In this document: positions 27,245 to 37,537 of the stretch, one piece after another
Layout: each line of letters opens with the position of its first letter
Numbering within the stretch: the stretch's first letter is position 1
Assembly (NCBI GenBank): GCA_045644425.1
Contig: JAZRGW010000023.1
Location: forward strand, 71,592-135,591
Reading direction: 5' to 3'
Length of the DNA: 64,000 nt
Source of the DNA: Victivallaceae bacterium
Lineage (GTDB): Bacteria > Verrucomicrobiota > Lentisphaeria > Victivallales > Victivallaceae
Position numbers and translations under genes: made by a program
The notes under the pieces: generated by a model
Told to the model about the DNA's origin: nothing
The model's input: the letters and a program-made list of their open reading frames with translations, nothing else
Databases searched by the model: none

Positions 27245-30200
27245 TTATTTTGTACTGTGGATAACTTCAAAAGATTTGAGTTTACCTTTGAAGTAATGGA
27301 TATTCCCGTTTTTGGATGTGGTTCCATCACCACCAAACCCGCCGACAGCAAACCAGCGGGAAAGTCCGGTACAGGGGAAAGATTCGGTTTTTCCATTAAG
27401 CGTTACATAAATACGGTTCAAATCATATTTGAATTCGATTTTGTTCCATTTTCCTTCGACCGGATCAAGATTGGTCTTGAATTCCTTTTTGCTTTCCTTG
27501 TTTGCTTCGGCAGACTGGCGGCAGTAGAAATCAAGTACCAGCCGGTAATCTTCGGTACGCATACGGAATCCGGCAATATCATGTTCGGCATGAACAAAAT
27601 ACACCTGATCATTATCCACATCTAACGGCATGAATTCAAATTTAACCGTATATCCGGCACGCTGAGGGAAAAGTGACGGCGGAAAGCCGATAAATTCACC
27701 TTTACCGGTAAAATTCAACACCCATGAGCCATCGGCAAGTTTTTCATACTGCGGCACGACTTTTCTGCCGTCTCCGGCTTTGGATGCACGACGGAAGGAG
27801 TAAGGTACACTGTAAACAGAACAATGATACCCCTCGTATCCAGTCGGGACCAGATCATAACCGCCGATATTGGCATAAAATTCCCTGCCCGCGGCAGTTG
27901 TCAGGATATTTCCGGCGATCGCAGGATCAAAACGGTATCTGATATGCGGCACGCGTGAAGAATCAACTTTCAAATCACAAGCCCCGTTATAGTTGCTGAA
28001 TCCGGAAACGGTTTTTTGGGTTCCGGCAGCGGGCAATGCGATCACTTTCGGGGCACTCCAATAAACTTTGCCGGTACGCGTAACTGCACGCACTGCAAAA
28101 ACTCCGGAGGGGAAACCGGTATGCAGTGTGGTTGAAAATTCAGCTTTACTATCCATTACCGGCAACGGCAGACGGTCGAGATGCTGGGGAATTTCCAGCG
28201 CGACCTGAAGACCGTTTTCAAAGATTTTATTGCAGACACCGGCAGCGTTGAGATCTTTCAGCGGCAAACTCCATTCAAAAGTTTTACCTTTGAATTGTCC
28301 GGAAGTATAGGTGATTTTGATTTTGAATACCGCCTTGTCAAATTCGGACTTTTTCAGCACGATCATGCGGGCATTTCTCCATGAAGAAGCACTGGTGTTT
28401 TTAATTTCCGGATTTTCAGCGATACTCAATGACTCCTGTTTAACACTGACATTGGCGAGATAGGTGTATTTCGGATCTTTCGGTGCGGCAAAACGGAGTG
28501 CGGAAGGAGCATTTTTAACCTCAATGACAGCATCGAATTTGCCGCTGGGAATGAATTCAAGCTGATAAAAAGTCAGAATGAGGTTCATCCATTCCGGATC
28601 ATTCTGTTTGAATTCATTTGCCGGATCATAGCTGTAGCGATTGTCTCTGCCGTCCTGAATGATCTCTACTGAACTCAACGGATCACTGAAAACCAGTTTA
28701 GCAACAGCAGGAATTTCGATACGTTCCGGCAAAGCTCCCCCGGGATTGACCGGGTTACCGATATTTATTTCGGCAACTTGCGGAAAAATCACATTTCGCA
28801 GCGGAGTGGAGTACCATGTCTGATCGTTGGCAACAGTGGGACGTACCACGGTAAAGGGCAGACCTTCCTGAATCACCCGGCGATGCCCGCAGTAGTCAAT
28901 GCTCAGACGGGTGATCAGAGCCTGCACATTGATATAATCTTTGCCGGGAATGGAAAGGGTATATTCTTTCAACTCAGCACGGTTGAATTGCAGATTACGA
29001 CTCAGAATCACTCTGCCTTTTTCATCGATCACCTCTGCCAGTACGGAGTATTCCTTTTTCTCCCTGCTATCCGGCACATGGAGAATTTCCAATTCATAAT
29101 CCAGACCGCCTGCGACCTGTTTGCGATGGGAAAGAATCAGATTCGGCAAGGAAAGATCATCACCTTTATTCGGAGTAATTTCCCGGTTGTGATTGCGGTC
29201 ATTCCAGTATTTCAGAATACGCTGATACGCCATCGGTTTATTGACGGTGGGCTGGAAATGGGAATCTTCATTGTATTCATCCCACTCAAAAGCTTTGAGG
29301 ATATCCAGATTGAATTTATTGGCGATTTCAAGGTAGCTGCGTAACGTTTTGGTTCCGTCTGCGGAAAGCCGCTGCCGTCCGCGGTAGTTGTTGTATCCGG
29401 TAAGTATCTCCAGACCGCAGAGCTTTTTACCATTGTATTCTTCCCGGGCACAAACCGCGGCAAAAAGCGGCATGATGATCTCGTGATAATATCTGGCACA
29501 GAACCTGCCGTCATCTTCGGTAAGGTAGTTGGAATACTCCACTCCGGCACAGAAAGTAAGAATTTCACTGAGGTAATCGAACCAGAAAAGTAAACTGGTC
29601 GCAGGAACGCCCTTTCCGGAAATATAAGATACGAATGGATCTGTCACACCACTGGCATTTACTGTGCCGCAGCTGTAGATGAATGCGGCGGGCTGACCGG
29701 TCATTTCCTCAAGCTGCCTGATGAATTCTTTAGTTTTGGGAATATCGACCCATGACCAGCAGAGATAGAGGATTTTTCCATCCAAACGCATGGTATGCGG
29801 ACTCTGACCGATAACTTTCATATTCGCAGGAGACAGTTTACCATTGTAACCAGCAGGTGTGACCGTGGGAATTATTTTCAGATCGGGATTGAATTTGGCA
29901 ACACTTTCATAGTACCGCATAGCATGTTCGCCATAGGAATAAAAATTGAAAGTCTTGATTCCGTAAAGATTGAAAATATCGAAAGTTTTTCTGTGGCTTA
30001 GTTTTTGAAACTGACTGGGACCACCTTCCCAGAGATCACGGGAACAGAAAAGCTGCCGGTCAGTATAGTTGAAATCGGTAAACCACATTCTTCCGGCGGA
30101 AGAAAGGGCTTCAAAAGAGATGATGGGAGCGGGCACAGCAGGCTTCTTCTTTGCCGCCAATTTACGGATTTCGACCATCAATTCTTCGCCGAGCTTATAG

Positions 30201-30337
30201 TCTTCACGGGAAAGTTTGACCACTTTTGCTGCCTTTTCCCGAATATCGCTGAAATATATTTTTCCTGCATCAACAGTCGGTAAAAACCAGGAAAAAAGAG
30301 ACAATAATACCACTATTTGAAATTTTTTCGCTTTCAT
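27245..30337 (-). CDS. Secreted 1030-aa protein: N-terminal GH99/WbsX-like barrel (tentative) + beta-sandwich repeats + C-terminal LamG/concanavalin-like domain
   Basis: Signal peptide VVLLSLFSWFLPTVDAG. AFEWDEYNEDSHFQPT resembles the NAWNEW(T/H)EG strand of GH99/WbsX proteins. The C-terminus NKIEFKYDLNRIYVTLNGK...YFKGKLKSFEV is LamG-like. Confidence 0.7.
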   Translation of the reverse strand: MKAKKFQIVVLLSLFSWFLPTVDAGKIYFSDIREKAAKVVKLSREDYKLGEELMVEIRKLAAKKKPAVPAPIISFEALSSAGRMWFTDFNYTDRQLFCSRDLWEGGPSQFQKLSHRKTFDIFNLYGIKTFNFYSYGEHAMRYYESVAKFNPDLKIIPTVTPAGYNGKLSPANMKVIGQSPHTMRLDGKILYLCWSWVDIPKTKEFIRQLEEMTGQPAAFIYSCGTVNASGVTDPFVSYISGKGVPATSLLFWFDYLSEILTFCAGVEYSNYLTEDDGRFCARYYHEIIMPLFAAVCAREEYNGKKLCGLEILTGYNNYRGRQRLSADGTKTLRSYLEIANKFNLDILKAFEWDEYNEDSHFQPTVNKPMAYQRILKYWNDRNHNREITPNKGDDLSLPNLILSHRKQVAGGLDYELEILHVPDSREKKEYSVLAEVIDEKGRVILSRNLQFNRAELKEYTLSIPGKDYINVQALITRLSIDYCGHRRVIQEGLPFTVVRPTVANDQTWYSTPLRNVIFPQVAEINIGNPVNPGGALPERIEIPAVAKLVFSDPLSSVEIIQDGRDNRYSYDPANEFKQNDPEWMNLILTFYQLEFIPSGKFDAVIEVKNAPSALRFAAPKDPKYTYLANVSVKQESLSIAENPEIKNTSASSWRNARMIVLKKSEFDKAVFKIKITYTSGQFKGKTFEWSLPLKDLNAAGVCNKIFENGLQVALEIPQHLDRLPLPVMDSKAEFSTTLHTGFPSGVFAVRAVTRTGKVYWSAPKVIALPAAGTQKTVSGFSNYNGACDLKVDSSRVPHIRYRFDPAIAGNILTTAAGREFYANIGGYDLVPTGYEGYHCSVYSVPYSFRRASKAGDGRKVVPQYEKLADGSWVLNFTGKGEFIGFPPSLFPQRAGYTVKFEFMPLDVDNDQVYFVHAEHDIAGFRMRTEDYRLVLDFYCRQSAEANKESKKEFKTNLDPVEGKWNKIEFKYDLNRIYVTLNGKTESFPCTGLSRWFAVGGFGGDGTTSKNGNIHYFKGKLKSFEVIHSTK

Positions 30338-30436
30338 AACTTCTCTCAGGAAATATCTTAAATAATTATAAGACAGTGCCTTACATCTCAGGCTGCCGTT
30401 TTTTTATTTGCAGCAAGCCTGAATTGTATCATTTTT

Positions 30437-31216
30437 TTATTTATTGCCGGATTGCGGGAGAATGATGGTAACTTTCGGATCAATCATTTCCATTTTGGCT
30501 TCTTTATTGTGTCTCCAGTTGGCAAGCACCAGAAAACGGACATATTTAACATGGGGCCAGATCGCCTTTTTGTTGGTATTGCGTGGCGGATTGGCAAAGT
30601 TGTTCGCGGTGGTGACAAAAGTATAGTACATGTAACCGCCGGGTTCATGCATACGCACACCGGTATCTTTGGCAATATTCACCGGAAGAACTTTTTTGAA
30701 AGTAACTTTCCACGCCTCACCGGATTTTTCGATTTTGTCGACAGCCGGCAGAGTATTGTAGTTGGGCAGATCGCTCAAATCATCTTTGGCACCCCAGACA
30801 ACGGATTTGCGGTTATTCCATTTGGAAGCATCGGCAACCATGATGAAAGTATCGCCTTTTTTGGCATCGGCAACAACTTTGGTCGCAGTTCCGACAACCG
30901 GATGGACATTGACATGCTGAAATTCTTTGCGGTTGGCATCATAGGTACGGAAACCGATATAAACGGTATCTGCAGGAGTACCGGATACAGCACGGAAAAT
31001 ACCGGTGATTTTAAGATCGCCGCCTTCAGGAACTTTGATAAGTTTTTTACCGACGAGCTGCTTGGGACCGTTAACAACCAGAGAATTTCCTTTAACTTCA
31101 AGCATTTTCGGATTCTGCCACGCTTCAGCTGCGGCAAAGGAAAATTCTTCCGCCGCTATAACACTTCCACAGCAAACCAAGCCTGCTGCCATTGCCATAA
31201 TTCTGTTGATTTTCAT
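30437..31216 (-). CDS. Secreted 259-aa protein, CBM/jelly-roll-like, unknown function
   Basis: Signal peptide MAMAAGLVCCGSVIAAEE. Beta-rich sequence. Co-directional within the operon, directly after a pseudopilin gene. Confidence 0.7.
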   Translation of the reverse strand: MKINRIMAMAAGLVCCGSVIAAEEFSFAAAEAWQNPKMLEVKGNSLVVNGPKQLVGKKLIKVPEGGDLKITGIFRAVSGTPADTVYIGFRTYDANRKEFQHVNVHPVVGTATKVVADAKKGDTFIMVADASKWNNRKSVVWGAKDDLSDLPNYNTLPAVDKIEKSGEAWKVTFKKVLPVNIAKDTGVRMHEPGGYMYYTFVTTANNFANPPRNTNKKAIWPHVKYVRFLVLANWRHNKEAKMEMIDPKVTIILPQSGNK

Positions 31217-31302
31217 AATTTTTTCCTGATTTTTTGTTAGTTTAAAAATTCTTGTATTTTTCGAATTTGACTATATCTTTTGATTCTTGTGTATTAAAAA
31301 TA

Positions 31303-32079
<777 letters not shown>

Positions 32080-32098
32080 TTTCAATTTCTCCTTTTGG

Positions 32099-33712
32099 TT
32101 ACTTTTTATCTGCAAGCAGTGCAGTCACTGCGTTCCAAGCAAGTTTGGGGCGACGGTACTCATCGAGGATACCCTTGTTGTTGAATCCTCTTGCCCGCCC
32201 GAAAATATGGGGGCCGGAAACATAGCTGCGGGTATCGGCAAAATGCCAGATACTTATTCCGGCACAATCATCATGCTCCAAAGCGTATTCCACACATTCA
32301 GTAAGCAATTCCGCCTGATATTCCTCTGACCAGTAAGTCTTGAGAGGATCGCGGAAACCGAGCAATGCTTCAGCACCGATCTCGGTAATGAGGAAAGGTT
32401 TATCTTTGGGCATCGCATCGGAAAGTTCCTGCAAACGCGGCTTGACCTTGTCATTGGTGTTGATACAGCCCCACTTTGAATCATACCAGCCCGGATAAGG
32501 GTTCATCGCCACGATATCCACGATATCGGTGCAGACACACTTTTCATAGCGGTTGCTGGCAAAGGTTATCGGAGTATGCGGATCGATGGAACGGATCTTG
32601 TCATACAACGCCTGAATGATCACTCTGGTTTCGGGCTTCTCACTTTCATTTTCATTGAGATAACCTTTGATGATGATACAGGGGTGATTGTAACTTGAAA
32701 TGGTGAGTTTTTCCGCCTGATCGAGCTGGGCAGCCTGAAATTCAGGAGAGTGCAGTTTGGGTGCTTTAAAATCCCAGCCGAGAGTTTCTTCCCACACATA
32801 GATACCCATTTTATCGCAGAGATCGAGCAGGGTTTTCCGCTGGGCATAGTGACTGCCGCGGACATAATTGAATCCCCCCTGCTTCAGCATCCGCAAATCT
32901 GCTGCGATCAGCTGCGGCGGCATGGCGGCTCCGGTCTGCGGATGACTTTCGTGACGGTTGAAACCGACCAGTTTGATCTTTTCGCCGTTGACAAGAATAT
33001 CTCTGCCGGATAATTCGATTTGGCGGATACCGAAAGTTTCAGTAACCTCATCGGCGGCAGTCTTGACGGTCAATGAGTGCAGATTCGGAGTTTTTTCACT
33101 CCAGAGTTTGAATTCCGGCAGTGTAACTTCCACATCCATTGCCCCATCGGCGAATTCCGCTTCAGTAACGAAACCGGTATTGAAAATAAGCTGTGCTTTA
33201 CCGGAAAAGTTCTGTGCGGCACTTGCCCGAACCCGGATTTTACCGGTACGGTAATCTTCGGTGGAGATCATCACGCTGTGAATATATTCCGCTGGAATGG
33301 ATGTCAGCGTAACATCGCCGTAAATACCGCCGTAACCGTGGAAATCGAAATACGGCTCAAAAACCTCATTGTACTTATTGCATAGAACAATGGCAAGTTC
33401 ATGTTCCTTTTCTTCACCGGCATCAAAAACGAAATTCTCCGGCAGATAGGCATATTTGATCACGCCGACACTTTTGCCATCCCAGAAAACCTCGCCGTCA
33501 AGTCCGGCCCCGTCAATAAAAAGTTTCACCAGCCCACCGGCAAAAACTTTGCGGGAAGTCACCGCAAAACCGCGTTTGCCGCAATGCGGCTCCATCAGAT
33601 CATAGCATCCGGGCACAGGCATAAATTCCGTGGTCGTAAAAGGATACTCCGGACGGGTCTCGCCGTAATAGGCGAAATCCCAAATTCCATTCAAATTATA
33701 ACACTTTCTCAT
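32099..33712 (-). CDS. Glycoside hydrolase family 2, beta-glucuronidase/beta-galactosidase-like, no signal peptide
   Basis: NLNGIWDF start region, NRHESHP, acid/base YLNENES and nucleophile ITEIGAEA, parallel to E. coli GUS NRHED / NE / TEYG. Start ATG 33712 is preferred to 33757. Confidence 0.8.
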   Translation of the reverse strand: MRKCYNLNGIWDFAYYGETRPEYPFTTTEFMPVPGCYDLMEPHCGKRGFAVTSRKVFAGGLVKLFIDGAGLDGEVFWDGKSVGVIKYAYLPENFVFDAGEEKEHELAIVLCNKYNEVFEPYFDFHGYGGIYGDVTLTSIPAEYIHSVMISTEDYRTGKIRVRASAAQNFSGKAQLIFNTGFVTEAEFADGAMDVEVTLPEFKLWSEKTPNLHSLTVKTAADEVTETFGIRQIELSGRDILVNGEKIKLVGFNRHESHPQTGAAMPPQLIAADLRMLKQGGFNYVRGSHYAQRKTLLDLCDKMGIYVWEETLGWDFKAPKLHSPEFQAAQLDQAEKLTISSYNHPCIIIKGYLNENESEKPETRVIIQALYDKIRSIDPHTPITFASNRYEKCVCTDIVDIVAMNPYPGWYDSKWGCINTNDKVKPRLQELSDAMPKDKPFLITEIGAEALLGFRDPLKTYWSEEYQAELLTECVEYALEHDDCAGISIWHFADTRSYVSGPHIFGRARGFNNKGILDEYRRPKLAWNAVTALLADKK

Positions 33713-34057
33713 AATATTTGCACCATAAATAAAACAAATACTTTTGTTCTCTATCATATTATACTCAATAAGTCCACTTTTTGCAAGAGTAATTTTTTAA
33801 CACTCAATAGCAATTTTGTCACACCTCGCATAAAATTCTATTCCCGGTACAGATCAATAAATTAAGCTGTAAAAACTCCCGGAAGAACTTGAAAAAAACA
33901 TATTCACGACTGATCTATTCGCAAATATGAAAAATTTTTAATGTTTTTTGATTTAAATACAAAAAAATCCGTAAAGATCGGAATAATTCTGCCTCTCTGC
34001 TTGATTCTGCATTGAAAATGCATTTTTTCGATTAAATCAGAGAATCAGGAGTTCAAT

Positions 34058-34183
34058 ATGATTGAAATAATAACCGCCGACATCACAAAATTGGAAGTGG
34101 ATGATATTGTCGATGCCGCCAATTATCCGCTTCCAGGCGGCGGTGGTGGTGGTGTGTATGGGGCAATTCCGGATTTTTTATAA
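34058..34183 (+). pseudogene. Macro-domain (YmdB/O-acetyl-ADP-ribose deacetylase-like) N-terminal relic, 41 codons
   Basis: An AGGAG RBS precedes MIEIITADITKLEVDDIVDAANYPLPGGGGGGVYGAIPDFL*. The pattern (I-x-G/A-D-I-T-x-x-x-V-D-x-I-V-N/D-A-A-N...GGGGV-x-GAI) is the start of a macro domain, cut off about 8 nt before the next gene's stop. Confidence 0.6.
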
Positions 34184-34190
34184 AAATCAG

Positions 34191-34775
34191 TTAAAAAGCC
34201 TGATAAATTTTTTTGATTGTTTCTGACACTATTTTTTCCGGATCATTTCCAAAGATATCCAAACCTTCAGCACAGAAAAAATAGATCTCGTCAATGCCGA
34301 AAAGAGTAGAAAAAAGGCCATTGATATAATCAAAACCAAAGTTATTTTTTCCGATATACCCGCCGGAAGTAGTCAGATAAACCACCTTTTTTATATTGGT
34401 TAATCCGCAGGGCATTCCCTTTTCATTATAATAGAACGTCAATTTATTGACACAGAGTTGTTCCATGTAAAGTTTAAGTGAAGCCGGAAAACTCATATCC
34501 CAGTACGGAGCGGCAATAACAACTTCATCTGCTGCGGCAAAATTTCTGGCAAGCTCAAAGGCAGTACCGGAAAAATCATTATCGGCTATCGCTTTTTCCC
34601 GTTCTGCCAGAGATTTCCCGGTGAGCGGATGCATTACAGTATCTTCCAAATTTACGGTTGACAACTTGCAAGATTGTGTTTCAAGAGTTTTTTTCAAATA
34701 AGCTTGTGCCAAACGATCGGTTCTGGAAGCGACATCACGCTTCACACATGCATTTACATAGAGAATATTTTTCAT
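34191..34775 (-). CDS. Flavodoxin-like fold NAD(P)H-dependent oxidoreductase (azoreductase/quinone reductase-like)
   Basis: 194 aa. MKNILYVNACVK...SRT, and VVIAAPYWDMSFPASLK, typical of the FMN-dependent NAD(P)H oxidoreductase family. AT-rich relative to its neighbours. Confidence 0.7.
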   Translation of the reverse strand: MKNILYVNACVKRDVASRTDRLAQAYLKKTLETQSCKLSTVNLEDTVMHPLTGKSLAEREKAIADNDFSGTAFELARNFAAADEVVIAAPYWDMSFPASLKLYMEQLCVNKLTFYYNEKGMPCGLTNIKKVVYLTTSGGYIGKNNFGFDYINGLFSTLFGIDEIYFFCAEGLDIFGNDPEKIVSETIKKIYQAF

Positions 34776-34892
34776 TTAAAATTTTTGCTTTACTTAATTT
34801 TAATTGTTTCAATAATAACATAATTATCTTTCACAAAAATACAAATACCGGAGGCAGAATTAAAGCATTATTTTTCAATGGAATCAGAAAAA

Positions 34893-34913
34893 TGGTGGAG
34901 GTTAACAGGTGGC
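34893..34913 (-). repeat. Degenerate copy of the tmRNA 3' terminus (candidate distal att site)
   Basis: TGGTGGAGGT-TAAC-AGGTGGCG here versus TGGTGGAGGTGGCG at 37547-37560, in the same orientation. This is the 14-mer acceptor/CCA end with an 8-nt interruption. Confidence 0.4.
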
Positions 34914-35103
34914 GAAACCGAAAATCTCTGCTCCGGACTCTTATAAGTGAAAGAAATGGAAGTGAAAAAAGTTGGTTTTTACAGGGCAATGCCTGTCAAG
35001 AGAATAGCAGTAAACTCCAATCCTTGACAGCGGAAGTTTTTCACACTTTTACTGGAATGCAGAGTTGATATTCCGACAAACTTTCTGCTCAAAATATGCA
35101 AAT

Positions 35104-35173
35104 AAGTCCTTGCGGAATTATCATTTTTCAAGGACTTGACGGCACTTCCGAAACGCTCTTTTTTAAGTCCTTG
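35104..35173. repeat. Cluster of three AAGTCCTTG / CAAGGACTTG motifs, left flank of the zinc-ribbon gene
   Basis: AAGTCCTTG at 35104-35112, CAAGGACTTG at 35129-35138 and AAGTCCTTG at 35165-35173. The first two form a 9-bp inverted repeat. Confidence 0.8.
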
Positions 35174-35259
35174 TAGTTTTTAGTAGTTTTCGTAGTTGAA
35201 AAAAAATTTTTTAGATTTATATTACAACAATATCAAAATTTAATTTCAACAGAATCAGT

Positions 35260-37158
35260 ATGAAAACAAAAATAGAAAAAAGTAGTTTTTCAAGTCAATA
35301 CCCTGATATTGCGGCTGAATGGAACTATGAGAAAAATGCACTCTTGACTCCACAGATGATTTCATACGGAAGTGGTAAAAAAGTTTGGTGGAAGTGTTCC
35401 TGTGGGCATGAATGGCAATCTACTGTGTCTAATAGAGTTTTAGGGAATGGTTGTCCTTATTGCTCCAATCAAAAAGTATTGCCTGGTTTTAATGATTTGG
35501 TTACTACACATCCCAATCTTGTCAAAGAATGGGATAGTGTAAAAAATGGGGATTTTACCCCAAAAATGATTGTGGCTGGATCTGATATCAAAGTTTGGTG
35601 GATGTGTAACATTGGGCATTCATGGCGAGCTAGGATTAAATCCAGAGCAAGAGGCTCAAAATGTCCAATTTGTCAAGGGCGGTCAATCTTGCCTGATTTT
35701 AATGATTTTGCTTTTAAATTTCCCGAAATTGCCAAGCAATGGAATTACGAAAAGAATGGAGATTTGTTACCCGAAATGATTTCTCCGGGAAGTCATAAAA
35801 AAGTATGGTGGGTATGTGAGAAAGGGCATGAATGGCAAGTTGCTGTTTATCATCGTAGCAGAGGGAGTCGTTGTCCAATATGCTCTGGACAAAGAATTCT
35901 TCCGGGATACAATGACCTTCAGACACAAAATCCATTATTAGCACTAGAATGGAATTACGAGAAAAACGGGATTTTTACTCCGGACAAAGTTGCACCAAGT
36001 AGTAATATGAAAGTTTGGTGGAAATGTGCAAAAGGGCATGAATGGGAAGCTGCGGTAAATAGTCGTAACAACTTAGGTAATGGTTGTCCAATTTGCGTAA
36101 ATCAAGTTGTCATTGCCGGAGTGAACGATTTGAAAACAACGAATCCAGAATTGGCTGCGGAATGGGACTATGAAAAGAATGGTAGTTTAACGCCACAAAT
36201 GTTTAGTGTTGGAAGTGGCAAAAAGGCTTGGTGGAAATGTATAAATGGACACGAGTGGTTTTCTAGTATTTCTCACAGACATAAAGGTGCTGGTTGTCCA
36301 TATTGCTCCAATCAAAAAGTGTTGCAGGGGTTTAATGATTTGTCAACAACAAATCCAGAATTTGCCGCAGAATGGAACTATGAGAAGAATGGTAGTTTAA
36401 CGCCACAAATGTTTAGTATTGGAAGTGGCAAAAAAGTTTGGTGGAAATGCTCAAAGGGACATGAATGGCAAGTCGCAATCGCAAGCAGGTTAGGGTGTCC
36501 AATATGTTCTCATAAGCAAGTTTTGAAAGGCTATAATGATCTTGCTACTCTCAATTCAAAAGTCGCCGAAGAATGGAATTATGATAAAAACGGGACTCTT
36601 ACACCAGAAATGGTTACTGTCGGAAGTAACAAGTATGTTTGGTGGCGTTGTAAAAATAATCATGAATGGCGAGCACAGGTTAATGCACGAACACAAGGAA
36701 TTGGCTGTGCTAAGTGCTCAGCTCATTTAAGAACATCATTTCCAGAACAAGCAATATTCTTTTATGTCAAAAAAACTTATCCAGATGCTATTAGTGGATA
36801 TAGAGATTTATTTAAAAGGCAGAAAACAGTAATGGAATTAGATATTTTTATTCCGTCAATAAAAACTGCCATTGAATATGATGGAATAGTTTGGCATTCT
36901 TCCGAGAAAACAATGTTACGGGAAAGAAAGAAGTATCGTATTTGTAAACAAAATGAAATTCATTTGATTCGTATAAAGGAAAAAATTACAGCATCCTCTA
37001 ATTTAACAGGCGATGTGATAATTGCTTCAGATTATTCTGCCAATTATAGAAATTTTGGGAAAACACTAGATGAATTGAGAAAATATATTCATCTGACAGA
37101 AGATATTGATATTACAAGAGATCGCAGTGCAATTGTAGCAAGTTACATGCCGATTTGA
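35260..37158 (+). CDS. Seven-fold zinc-ribbon (DUF4379-like) repeat protein with C-terminal Vsr/DUF559-like PD-(D/E)XK endonuclease-fold domain
   Basis: Seven ~70-aa repeats of W(N/D)YEKNG.LTP......GS.KKVWWKC..GHEW.........G.GCP.C..Q.VL.G.NDL. The tail ELDIFIPSIKTAIEYDGIVWH...IHLIRI resembles the D...E-x-DG-x2-H nuclease core. The gene is markedly AT-rich. Confidence 0.8.
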   Translation: MKTKIEKSSFSSQYPDIAAEWNYEKNALLTPQMISYGSGKKVWWKCSCGHEWQSTVSNRVLGNGCPYCSNQKVLPGFNDLVTTHPNLVKEWDSVKNGDFTPKMIVAGSDIKVWWMCNIGHSWRARIKSRARGSKCPICQGRSILPDFNDFAFKFPEIAKQWNYEKNGDLLPEMISPGSHKKVWWVCEKGHEWQVAVYHRSRGSRCPICSGQRILPGYNDLQTQNPLLALEWNYEKNGIFTPDKVAPSSNMKVWWKCAKGHEWEAAVNSRNNLGNGCPICVNQVVIAGVNDLKTTNPELAAEWDYEKNGSLTPQMFSVGSGKKAWWKCINGHEWFSSISHRHKGAGCPYCSNQKVLQGFNDLSTTNPEFAAEWNYEKNGSLTPQMFSIGSGKKVWWKCSKGHEWQVAIASRLGCPICSHKQVLKGYNDLATLNSKVAEEWNYDKNGTLTPEMVTVGSNKYVWWRCKNNHEWRAQVNARTQGIGCAKCSAHLRTSFPEQAIFFYVKKTYPDAISGYRDLFKRQKTVMELDIFIPSIKTAIEYDGIVWHSSEKTMLRERKKYRICKQNEIHLIRIKEKITASSNLTGDVIIASDYSANYRNFGKTLDELRKYIHLTEDIDITRDRSAIVASYMPI

Positions 37159-37217
37159 TGTTCTATGCTCTTTGAAAAATCATTGTATTGAGTAGAAAAA
37201 CAAGTAGCGGAGAAGAT

Positions 37218-37359
37218 AAGGACTTACCTTTGGCAAAATGAAAGACGGAGCAGGAGTGGCGGAAAACCAACTTTTGCACTGTCTATTTTTTACATCAAGT
37301 CCTTGTATTACCACTTTTTGTAAATCATTGATAATAAACAATAATGCTCCAAGGACTTG
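37218..37359. repeat. Cluster of three AAGGACTT / CAAGTCCTTG / CAAGGACTTG motifs, right flank of the zinc-ribbon gene
   Basis: AAGGACTT at 37218-37225, CAAGTCCTTG at 37296-37305 and CAAGGACTTG at 37350-37359. The segment CAAGGACTTGCGTCCAGAGCGTTTC mirrors AAGTCCTTG...GAAACGCTC of the left flank in inverted orientation. Confidence 0.8.
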
Positions 37360-37488
37360 CGTCCAGAGCGTTTCAGAGACTTTTGCCGAAAAAGTGGTGC
37401 AAAATGCTGTTGCTGGTATGGTTGAGTATTGAGAATAGCAGTCTCCTGCTCTCCGCAGAAAAGCCGCAAGTGCCTGCAACTGTAAGCA

Positions 37489-37537
37489 CTATAAAAAGAA
37501 AATTGCCAGGGACTTTATAGTCAAGTCCTTGGCAATT
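37489..37537 (-). terminator. ssrA rho-independent terminator
   Basis: 15-bp stem AATTGCCAGGGACTT / AAGTCCTTGGCAATT (1 mismatch, 7-nt loop) starting 10 nt after the CCA end. On the minus strand it is followed by TTCTTTTTAT. Confidence 0.8.

Noticed and set aside
34658-35068. 136-aa + ORF upstream of the zinc-ribbon gene, and the 99-aa ORF 37180-37479 (-)
   Set aside because: They lie in AT-rich intergenic or flank DNA containing the repeated 9-10-mers. They have no RBS, and 34658-35068 partly overlaps the oxidoreductase gene. They are better explained as non-coding islet flanks.
35260-36730. Periodic ~210-nt repeats considered as a possible CRISPR-like or tandem-repeat array
   Set aside because: The repeats are in frame, encode the zinc-ribbon units and have variable 'spacers' that are also coding. 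There are no short direct repeats of CRISPR type anywhere in the window.
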